A DNA stretch of 64,000 nucleotides from Candidatus Ozemobacteraceae bacterium (GTDB lineage: Bacteria; Muiribacteriota; Ozemobacteria; Ozemobacterales; Ozemobacteraceae): NCBI GenBank assembly GCA_965140445.1, contig OZ223236.1, forward strand, positions 1,216,001-1,280,000, in the 5' to 3' direction. The notes under the pieces were generated by a model. That model did no database searches. It was not told where the DNA came from and saw only the letters and a program-made list of their open reading frames with translations. Below, piece after piece: positions 49,750-58,143 of this stretch; the first letter of the stretch is position 1, and every line of letters starts with the position of its first letter. The position numbers were made by a program, and so were the translations under genes.

Positions 49750-51450
49750 ATGACTATTGAAAGTTACACCATCGTTCCAAAAGTTGATGAAACTCAAGAG
49801 TTTATTGAAATTGCAAATGATTTTTCAAATCCATTAGATCTTGTAAGAGAAGCGATAAGCAATGCCTACGATGCTAAGGCGACTCAGATCAAAATTAAGT
49901 TTGAGGTCTTACAAGATTATGGCGAATCTGTTCTAACAATATCTCTTGAAGACAATGGGTCTGGAATGGATAAAAACGGGCTCCAGTCTTTCTTTGACTT
50001 AGGAAACTCTCTTAGACGAGGTGATTCGGAAACAATTGGTGAGAAGGGACATGGGACAAAGGTTTACTTTAACAGTAAAAAAATAGAAGTTACTACATGG
50101 AAAAATGGAATAGAATACAAAGCCTGTATGAATGAGCCTTTCAAGAACCTATTCGATAGAAAAATTCCATGCGTGGATGTGGTTGAATCTAAATGCGAAA
50201 CCAACTCATCAGGCACAAAAATCAAAATTACTGGCTACAATAATAATCGCAGAGAAAAATTCACGCATGAAATCTTAAGAGACTACATTATTTGGTTTAC
50301 TAAACACGGTTCAGTAGAAAAAGCCATTTGTCCAGAAAAATATAATACTTCACTGCATTTACAAGGTCTTGGCAGAGAAAACTATGAAAAAATAGAATGG
50401 GGACATTTTTTTCCCAAAAATAGCAAAGATATAAATAAGCTTTTAGACACTTATTTAACAAGTGCACCTAATTACTATTCAAAAAAAATAATTAAATCAG
50501 GCTCCCTTAAAAACTATCCTGAGATACATTACGATGCTATCTTTTGTATAGAAGGCACAAAAATAAAATATGAATATAACGATATGATTAGAAGAAGAGG
50601 TTATAGTGCGCCTAGAGGAGCATACACAATTCAAGAGCGCTATGGTCTTTGGCTAACCAAAGACTTTATTCCAATCCAAAGGAAAAATGAGTGGATTACA
50701 TACAAGGGATCTGAATATACCAAATTTCATGCCTTTTTCAATTGCCAAGCACTTAGGCTTACAGCTAACAGAGGCTCCGTTGAAAATACGCCGTCTGAAA
50801 TCTTGCAAGATATTCAAGATGAAATACGAAAGATTTATAATGAAATTGTTCAAAGTGATGATTGGGCAGCTGTGGAATGGCTGGAAGATGAAGCAAGTGC
50901 TCATCAAACAACAGAAAGAGAAAAAAAGAATTTTGAATGGAGATTAAAAAAAGTAAATCGCTCCAATGTTGCAAAATATAAAGACCTTACACTTGTTGAG
51001 CCTGAAAGAGAAAGTGGTGTATTCTCAATTTTTCTTCTACTATCAACTCTCGAATTGGATCTATTCCCATTCCAGATCATTGATTATGATACCCATGATG
51101 GAATTGATGTAATTGCTAAAGGTGACAAAAAAACGCCAATAGCAAGTGCAAAGCTATATTATGTTGAATTTAAAAGAATGCTAGAAAAAGGTTTTAATCA
51201 TTCATTTGAAAATTTACATAGCATTGTTTGTTGGGAAACAGCCATTAAGCACGATGATATTCTAGAAGATATCAATAAAGAAGAAAGAAAAATGCAAATT
51301 TTATCCCCACAAAGTGAAAATGACTACACCCACTATTATCTTGATAATCCAAGGAAAGCCCATAAAATTGAGGTTTTTGTTCTAAAACAATACCTAAAGG
51401 AAAAGCTAAAAATTGAATTTGCTCCTAGAACCAAAGACGCGGTAATTTAA
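49750..51450 (+). CDS. GHKL/MORC-type ATPase with putative C-terminal PD-(D/E)xK nuclease
   Basis: REAISNAYDA, EDNGSGM, IGEKGHGTK; C-terminal DYDTHDGIDV...YYVEFK. Confidence 0.78.
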   Translation: MTIESYTIVPKVDETQEFIEIANDFSNPLDLVREAISNAYDAKATQIKIKFEVLQDYGESVLTISLEDNGSGMDKNGLQSFFDLGNSLRRGDSETIGEKGHGTKVYFNSKKIEVTTWKNGIEYKACMNEPFKNLFDRKIPCVDVVESKCETNSSGTKIKITGYNNNRREKFTHEILRDYIIWFTKHGSVEKAICPEKYNTSLHLQGLGRENYEKIEWGHFFPKNSKDINKLLDTYLTSAPNYYSKKIIKSGSLKNYPEIHYDAIFCIEGTKIKYEYNDMIRRRGYSAPRGAYTIQERYGLWLTKDFIPIQRKNEWITYKGSEYTKFHAFFNCQALRLTANRGSVENTPSEILQDIQDEIRKIYNEIVQSDDWAAVEWLEDEASAHQTTEREKKNFEWRLKKVNRSNVAKYKDLTLVEPERESGVFSIFLLLSTLELDLFPFQIIDYDTHDGIDVIAKGDKKTPIASAKLYYVEFKRMLEKGFNHSFENLHSIVCWETAIKHDDILEDINKEERKMQILSPQSENDYTHYYLDNPRKAHKIEVFVLKQYLKEKLKIEFAPRTKDAVI

Positions 51451-51686
51451 ATTAGCTCACTCTTTGGTTGTCTAGTCATAAGCGATAGGACAACCGAAGG
51501 GGATTTTCACTTAAATTAAGGAGAAAATGAAAATACCGGATAATTAACAGTATCTATTTTCATAAAGTCCGTCCTTTGTTTGAATGCGGAAAATACATAC
51601 ATTGACACATAAAAGAAAAATCTTGTAGTTTTGCAGTGGTATTTTAAACAAAAAACACAGTAGAGAAATCTTTAGAGCCCCTAAAA

Positions 51687-52610
51687 ATGCAGAATCAGAA
51701 ATACACAATAACAATCAATGGTCAATTAGAGTTAAATGGTCCAGGTTATTTTTCCATGTTAAAATCTATAGCAGAAATTGAAAGAACAAAAAACGTAAGC
51801 CAAGTTAGCATCGACTTTAAAAAACTTTCGTTTATTAGGCCCGAGGGGCTATCAATTCTTGCAAATATTGTCCAATGGTTACGGTTTCGAGGCTATCAAA
51901 TAGAATTTTTAAACGTTACCCCAACTGAAAGGAAATGGTGTCCGATTAGATATTTGAAGGACTGTAATTTCTTTTCAGAATTTTCTGATATACCTGGCTC
52001 AGTTGAAAAAGGTAATCTTAGGGAGACTACTTTTCCTTTTCAACTAGTAAAATATACTACTAGTAGTTCTTGGGAAGACAGCCTGACCAACTGGTTATCA
52101 AAAGAGGCAAACAAAACAAAAGATTCTTTATTTCCCATTTCCTTATCAACACAGGAAATTTTCAACAACATTGGAGATCACTCTGCTACTGAGATAGGGT
52201 GTGCTTTTGCTCAATTTTTTCCAAAAGAAGGAAAAATTAAAATCGCCGTTTCAGATTTTGGCTTGGGAATTCCAACTGTTCTTAGAGCACACGGCCTTTT
52301 ATTAAGCTCTGATGAATTATCAATTTTAAAAGCTGTTGAAAAAGGTTTTACAACTCAAAGCCAAGAAAACAATAAAGGATTAGGCTTAGAAAACATAGTC
52401 GGCTGCATTGTGGACAAAGGGTTTGGAGAAATTACGATCGTTTCAGAAATGGGAAATGTTAGATTCTTCTATTCAAATCAAACCCAATCGAGAAATTCAC
52501 AATGTTCTAATAATCCTTTCAGATATCCTGGCTCATTATTTATAATTGAGCTATATGTTAATAATATTCCAGATGAAGAATCTGAAATTCAGGAAGAAAT
52601 GACATGGTAA
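51687..52610 (+). CDS. STAS-like plus RsbW/histidine-kinase-like ATPase protein
   Basis: IDFKKLSFIRP, QEIFNNIGDHS, AVSDFGLGIP, GFTT..ENNKGLGL, YPGS. Confidence 0.82.
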   Translation: MQNQKYTITINGQLELNGPGYFSMLKSIAEIERTKNVSQVSIDFKKLSFIRPEGLSILANIVQWLRFRGYQIEFLNVTPTERKWCPIRYLKDCNFFSEFSDIPGSVEKGNLRETTFPFQLVKYTTSSSWEDSLTNWLSKEANKTKDSLFPISLSTQEIFNNIGDHSATEIGCAFAQFFPKEGKIKIAVSDFGLGIPTVLRAHGLLLSSDELSILKAVEKGFTTQSQENNKGLGLENIVGCIVDKGFGEITIVSEMGNVRFFYSNQTQSRNSQCSNNPFRYPGSLFIIELYVNNIPDEESEIQEEMTW

Positions 52611-54787
52611 TAAAGGTATATGAAAAGGTTGAGCACTGCTCCACCAATGAAGATGGAAAAATAATCTTAGATTTGTTGCAAAAAGTTTTAAGGGAAGAAA
52701 AAAGTAAAAAGATTAAGCTTTCCTTCGAAAAAATCTCACATACCACTTCCTCCTTTCTAAATGTCGCTTTTGGAGGTCTCTTAGAAAATTTCAGTTTAAA
52801 TGAAATCAAAGACAGGTTGATAATTGCAAATGCCAAGCACCACATTGGCGAATGCATTAAAGATACTCTTTTAACCCTCAATAAAAGCAGAAGAAAACTT
52901 TCAATGCGTGTTTCAGGTTCCCTTGTCAAGCACCTCGGCCTTCAAATGTATTCTGGTGCAGTTCCAGCTCTTGCTGAACTTGTTTCAAATGCTTGGGATG
53001 CTATGGCTACAAAAGTACACATTTCTATTCCCCTAGATAAGTCAATAAAACAAATAGAAGAAATTTCTGTTTCTGATAACGGACACGGAATGACTTGGGA
53101 AGATTGCCAAGAAAAATACCTTGATATTGGCCGTGATCGAAGGAAGCTCGATGGAGATTATTCTGAAGATTTTCTTTCAATCCCTAGAAGAAAACTCATG
53201 TCAAGGAAGGGAATAGGAAAATTGGCTGGTTTTGGAATTGCTGACCAGGTTGAAGTCAGAACAATCAGAAATGGGGAAATAACCCATTTTTCTATGAGTT
53301 TTAATGACATGGAAAGTGTTACTAAAAGCTTAAATGAATATTCTCCTAAACCTTTAGAAGATGATGGAAAAAAAACATCTGAACCATCAGGTACAACCAT
53401 AAAACTTAAATACTTGAAACTAAAACGGGCTATTAGCTCAAAAACTTTCTTTAATAGTTTTATGAGAAGGTTTGCAATTTTAGAAGATCCAAATTTTGAG
53501 GTAAAAATCAATAAAACCTCAGTTGATAAAAAGGAATTAGACTTTCAATTTAGATTTCCTCAAGATCAAATTTGGGGAGTTGAAAATTTAGGTGATTACG
53601 GCGAAATAGAATATTGGTTTGGAAGCACCAAAAATCCAATTAAAGATGAAGGCGCAAAGGGAGTTGTAGTATTTTGTAGAGGCAAACTGGCCCAACTCCC
53701 ATGGTTTTTTGACATTCCCACATCTGGTAACCAAGCATACGGACTTTCTTATTTAACCGGTGAAATTAAGGCTGATTTCATAGATGAAGAAAAAGACCTT
53801 ATCTCAACAGATAGAGGTAGTATTCTATGGGATGAAACACCGGCAAGCGAACTAAAAGATTGGGCCCAGAATAAAATTAAAAGTATTCTAAAAATATGGG
53901 TAGAAGAAAGAACTAAGAAAAAAAAAGAAAGACCTATTTTACAAAAATATCTTGGCAAGGCTGCAACTTTACCCAACAGACAAAAGGGATTATATGAAAC
54001 CTTTGTTAAAACATTGGTTAACATCCCTCAATTAGACAAAGATGAAGAAATTTTAGATGAACTCGTAAAGTACGGGTATAACGCTCTAACAAACCAAGGA
54101 TTTTTCGACTTTGTAAAAGAGTTAAATCAATCAGGGGAAAAACTTTTTTCGGAGATTTCTGAATTAATGAAAGAGTGGAGTGTCATCGAGGTAATTTCTG
54201 CCGCTCAAATTGTCAAGGGGCGCGTTGAAGTCATCAATCTATTTGAGAAACTTCTTGATGAAGGGGCTAAAGAAGTTCCTGATTTACACAATTTACTAAG
54301 AAATCATCCATGGTTAATTGATCCTACATGGGACAAAATGGCAGATGAAATTACGCTTGAAAAATTGATTAAAGAAAAGTTTAGAGGGGACTTGAAAACC
54401 CCTGAATTGGCTAAAGACAGAATTGATTTTATTTGTAAGGGTGATGGCGGAAGATTAATCGTCATTGAAATAAAAAAAGGCAACTATCGCTGCACAAACA
54501 CTTCCGAAATAGAGCAATTAAAAAGGTATGTGGATTTTCTCAGAGATCATGAGGACCAAAATCATGACCCTAATAGATCAGGGAGAGAAGTAAAAGGGTA
54601 TTTGATTGCAAAAGAATTTTCTACAACCCTAAATAGAGAGATTGAAAGAATCGCTAAAGATGGAATGTTTGTAAGAAGGTGGTCAGACTTGCTAAGGAAG
54701 GCTAAAGAAGCACATAGAGAATATTTTGCTTTAATGAAAAAGAAACTGCCCGGCGACCCAAGAATTCAGGATTTGGACAAAATTTAA
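52604..54787 (+). CDS. DUF4325 (STAS-like)-GHKL/MORC ATPase-PD-(D/E)xK (NucS-like) nuclease fusion
   Basis: N-terminal EDGKII..IKLSFEKISHTTSSFLNVAFG; LGLQMYS..ALAELVSNAWDA, DNGHGM, RKGIGKLAGF; C-terminal RIDFIC...IVIEIKK...EQLKRYV. Confidence 0.82.
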   Translation: MVIKVYEKVEHCSTNEDGKIILDLLQKVLREEKSKKIKLSFEKISHTTSSFLNVAFGGLLENFSLNEIKDRLIIANAKHHIGECIKDTLLTLNKSRRKLSMRVSGSLVKHLGLQMYSGAVPALAELVSNAWDAMATKVHISIPLDKSIKQIEEISVSDNGHGMTWEDCQEKYLDIGRDRRKLDGDYSEDFLSIPRRKLMSRKGIGKLAGFGIADQVEVRTIRNGEITHFSMSFNDMESVTKSLNEYSPKPLEDDGKKTSEPSGTTIKLKYLKLKRAISSKTFFNSFMRRFAILEDPNFEVKINKTSVDKKELDFQFRFPQDQIWGVENLGDYGEIEYWFGSTKNPIKDEGAKGVVVFCRGKLAQLPWFFDIPTSGNQAYGLSYLTGEIKADFIDEEKDLISTDRGSILWDETPASELKDWAQNKIKSILKIWVEERTKKKKERPILQKYLGKAATLPNRQKGLYETFVKTLVNIPQLDKDEEILDELVKYGYNALTNQGFFDFVKELNQSGEKLFSEISELMKEWSVIEVISAAQIVKGRVEVINLFEKLLDEGAKEVPDLHNLLRNHPWLIDPTWDKMADEITLEKLIKEKFRGDLKTPELAKDRIDFICKGDGGRLIVIEIKKGNYRCTNTSEIEQLKRYVDFLRDHEDQNHDPNRSGREVKGYLIAKEFSTTLNREIERIAKDGMFVRRWSDLLRKAKEAHREYFALMKKKLPGDPRIQDLDKI

Positions 54788-54869
54788 CTTTGCATTCTAC
54801 TTTGAAAATAGAATACAATTTAAGTTACCATTTACAAAATGAACTAATTGAAATTTTTAATGGTTTAAC

Positions 54870-55122
54870 TGGGGATGCTCTTGCAATAGGCAGTGCAGAG
54901 TTTGTTGAAGATTTTAAGCAGAAATCAGGTATAAAAGCAAAGTTTAAAACGTCTGAACAACGAAACGAAAGATTTCATTTAAAAGAGCCGGTTTCTTCTT
55001 ACAGCGGCGAAAATCAAGAAGAAATTGCCTTTCTAAGAGAAAAAAAATGCATTTTTTTGGAAGGACAATTAGGAAATGACAACGGTTTTCACAGGTCCGG
55101 CCCCCGAATGCACCCCCGAATG
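54870..55122 (+). pseudogene. 3' remnant of a RAYT transposase with end motif and stutter
   Basis: ALAIGSAEFVEDFK...FHLKEPVSSYSG...AFLR aligns with the 42068 C-terminus SIAVGSRAFVESFK...FFLSEESKPYNG...EFLR; followed by GGTCCGGCCCC (55094) and CCCCCGAATG x2. Confidence 0.8.
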
Positions 55123-55160
55123 GCCCGGCAGCTTTTTCAAGCCCTGAAAGTTACAGAAGC

Positions 55161-55640
55161 TCAAAAAGTAAAGGATTTCAGCTCGTTTTCTTCCTTGTCA
55201 AAAATTTGAATGTTTAGGGTGTCATCAGGGTTTAGTTGAGTTCGCATACGGATATTGTTGTCTATATCCTTAAGTAAAAATCCCGCTTTATCACCATTGA
55301 GTACATACATACTAACTCTTTCACTTACCTTATCCTTGGCATAAGAATCAATAGTAATTGAAACTGTTCCATCATCTAGAACTACAAATCCACCGTTTTC
55401 ATCTCCGTTCTTATTGAAAAGAATCAACCCACTAGCTGGACTTCTCCTTTGAAAGGTCTTACCTAACACTCTTACATCAGTGCTTGCAGGGTCCAGATGA
55501 ATTCTCTCGACACCATTATTATCAATAACAGTTAGTTTTTTTGTTTTAATTTCAATGTGACCAGTAGACAACATAAAGATAAAAACCCCGATTATTACAA
55601 AGTTGATAACTGAAATTCCAATACTAATTTTGTCTAACAT
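55161..55640 (-). CDS. Hypothetical membrane-anchored protein
   Basis: GGAG RBS, N-terminal TM, beta-rich repeats. Confidence 0.65.
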   Translation of the reverse strand: MLDKISIGISVINFVIIGVFIFMLSTGHIEIKTKKLTVIDNNGVERIHLDPASTDVRVLGKTFQRRSPASGLILFNKNGDENGGFVVLDDGTVSITIDSYAKDKVSERVSMYVLNGDKAGFLLKDIDNNIRMRTQLNPDDTLNIQIFDKEENELKSFTF

Positions 55641-55956
55641 ACAAACGCTCCTTAAATTAGAAATCTCCCCAGTTTTTTACTGCTCTCAAATTTTGTTCTA
55701 GAAACAATTCAGAAAAAAACCGATTATAAGTTATCACTTTTTTCAAAAAAATATTATTTCTTTATCCTTAAGGGTTAGTCTTACTAACATGTAAGATCAG
55801 ACTATTTTTATCAATAAAGATGTCTGATTGATTTAATAGCCCACTAAGCAAAATGAAGTATGAGAAAATAACAAAAAAACCAGGAATAGGCTGCCAGAGC
55901 TTTTCCCCGTTGGTGCTTTAAAAATGAATTCCTCGACAAAAAATCTTCACAAACTA

Positions 55957-56010
55957 AGGCTAAAACGAAAAAAACTTGTTTTACGAGGATTCGTTCGGTG
56001 CGGGGGACCC
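55957..56010 (+). repeat. Diverged third copy of the CGGTGC.GGGGAC end
   Basis: AAGGCTAAAACGAAAAA...ACGAG...CGGTGCGGGGGACCC resembles 45770-45825. Confidence 0.55.
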
Positions 56011-56162
56011 GATTTCTTCCCGGAAACAAAACTTTAAAATTCTTTTTGGCTATAATGTTACTAACCCACATTTAAAAAATGACAGCTGGTAGCTGATATT
56101 ATAAGATTGGAGTTGGGGAGAATTGGTTTTTGTAATTTCGGTGGTTGTGAGGAATAAAGCAA

Positions 56163-57296
56163 ATGTCGTTGTCGTCGCTGATTGAGGAAATTGCTCGTAA
56201 GGCGCGGGTTGAGGATTTTGGGTTGACCCGGGCTGAGTTTAAGGAATTGTTGGAACCGGCTTTTTATGCGAGTCTTGAAAAAGATGAGTCGCGGGAAAGT
56301 CGGTTTAGTATCCAGCTTTATAATGACATGCACCTTGAGAATAATGAGATTTCCTCTGACTCGGACTTTTCGTTCTTTCCAGCTGATGAGCCTTATACTT
56401 CAAGGCTAATAAAGAAGATTTGTCACTCCATAAATTATGCTCGCTCCAGAATCATAGTAAAAAAAGTTGGAAATGGCTTTAAAATTGCTGGGCTTTACTC
56501 GCTGGGTTCCAGATTGGAAAACTTTTTGCAGTTTGCGCATATCGGGACAATGGCACCGCCAGAAGCTCTTACTATTTCATTTAACCGACCTGGGTGTTTT
56601 TCTATTCAACAGGGATTGAATTTGATTTTGCGTTTTGAAGGTGGACAGATCCTTGAGCAGCGTGCTCCACATGCTCTTGAGCTGTTTCAGGGTACCTATT
56701 TTCCTCACATTTTTAGCCATGAAATTGGACTGGTTTCTAATGAAGAACCATTGAGCGATGAAGACAGACTGCGCTTAAATGAGTTTTTCTGCGACTTTTT
56801 TACTTCGCTGGTAATCAACACCATGCGCCAGGGACACGGCGGAACCATCGTGCTTTTGTCGGATTTGTCCAATATAGATGAACGGGTCAGGCGAGGGGTG
56901 CAGATTGATCGCAAAAGCGCAGCTGGACTCTTTTGTGAAGCTCTTACCAAAGAAAAAAGCGAATTGATTAATCGCCGCGTTTTTGATTATTCCAAATTCT
57001 TAGCTTCACTTACGGGCTATGATGGGGCGGTTGTGCTCAGTATGGGCTTTGATTTGCTCAGCTTTGGAGCGGAAATCATAACTGGCTCCGAAGATTTAAA
57101 CAATTGCCCGATTGATTTTGATTACTATGCCCACGGAACTCGTCATAGGTCTGCCTTTTCTCTTGCCACACAGGCGCCCGATTCAATTGTAATTGTGGTT
57201 TCCCAAGATGGTGATAACAAGATTTTTGTAAACTACAACGGCCAGGTCAGACTCTACAAAAACGTAGAAAAAGAGCGGGCTGATTTGTTGTTCTAG
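56163..57296 (+). CDS. DisA_N/DAC diadenylate-cyclase-domain protein with N-terminal sensor-like region
   Basis: HGGTIV, YDGAVV (DGA) and GTRHRSA (RHR) motifs, VVSQDG. Confidence 0.85.
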   Translation: MSLSSLIEEIARKARVEDFGLTRAEFKELLEPAFYASLEKDESRESRFSIQLYNDMHLENNEISSDSDFSFFPADEPYTSRLIKKICHSINYARSRIIVKKVGNGFKIAGLYSLGSRLENFLQFAHIGTMAPPEALTISFNRPGCFSIQQGLNLILRFEGGQILEQRAPHALELFQGTYFPHIFSHEIGLVSNEEPLSDEDRLRLNEFFCDFFTSLVINTMRQGHGGTIVLLSDLSNIDERVRRGVQIDRKSAAGLFCEALTKEKSELINRRVFDYSKFLASLTGYDGAVVLSMGFDLLSFGAEIITGSEDLNNCPIDFDYYAHGTRHRSAFSLATQAPDSIVIVVSQDGDNKIFVNYNGQVRLYKNVEKERADLLF

Positions 57297-57420
57297 TCTA
57301 CTTTTCCAAAACTCCTGAAAAATAAGCGTAGCCAGGTTTAAGCAGGGCTAATATTATAAAGCTTTGACCTGCGTGAATGAATGCGCATTGACGCTTCCTG
57401 AAAATAAAAAAAGATTAATG

Positions 57421-57460
57421 TTGACAAAATTAACGCCGACAATTAAATTAACAGTGTTAA
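57421..57460 (+). promoter_or_regulatory. Sigma-70 promoter with overlapping palindrome (probable TetR operator)
   Basis: TTGACA-N17-TAAATT; TTAACAGTGTTAA at 57448-57460. Confidence 0.5.
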
Positions 57461-57503
57461 ATATTAATATTTATGTTAAATAAATAAACGAGGTTAATTT
57501 AAA

Positions 57504-58094
57504 ATGAATAAGAAAGAAATTCAGGAACAAAGAATGCGCGGCTACTTCATTGAAGCCACCAAAGAAATTCTCAAAGGCGAAGGAATAGTTTGTGCCAGCG
57601 TCAGGAATATCGCAGATCGGGCGGGTTACTCCTACGCGACGCTATACAACTACTTCAAAGATGTAAAGGATTTGATTTTTCTCTGCGTTGAAGATTTTCA
57701 GAAAGAATGCGAAGAGCTTGTTAAAAGCGAAACGGCAAAAATTGAGCCGGGAACTGATAAAATCAAAGGAATAATCAAGGCCTACGTTAAGTATTTCATT
57801 CAATACCCAGGGATATTCGATCTTTTCTATCTTGAAAAGATAAACAATATCAGCAATAAAAAAGCTAATACTGATCAGATTTATTCATTTCTCGATGCCA
57901 TCTGCGCAAAAGAGTGGGAATACTGTAAAAAGAACAAAATCTTCAAAGCGGCCGAGATCAATGCAAAAAAAGATATGCTAAGATATACGATTACAGGAAT
58001 GCTGTTATTCTACCTGAATCGCAGACATCCAGATTCTTATGGGGAATTTATGAAAAATATTGATTCCCAACTGAGTTTGATTTTAGAAAACTGA
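57504..58094 (+). CDS. TetR/AcrR family regulator
   Basis: SVRNIADRAGYSYATLYNYF helix-turn-helix. Confidence 0.92.
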   Translation: MNKKEIQEQRMRGYFIEATKEILKGEGIVCASVRNIADRAGYSYATLYNYFKDVKDLIFLCVEDFQKECEELVKSETAKIEPGTDKIKGIIKAYVKYFIQYPGIFDLFYLEKINNISNKKANTDQIYSFLDAICAKEWEYCKKNKIFKAAEINAKKDMLRYTITGMLLFYLNRRHPDSYGEFMKNIDSQLSLILEN

Positions 58095-58143
58095 TCTGTA
58101 TAATAAAAAAGCATTGAAATTACTTCTCAGAAAAGGGTTCTAT

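Noticed and set aside
51480..51580. Possible further eroded transposase remnant (AAGTCCGTCC)
   Set aside because: Similarity too weak to support by eye
54790..55209. 139-aa ORF as a functional gene
   Set aside because: It is a read-through of a transposase C-terminal remnant and end motif, overlapping the convergent gene
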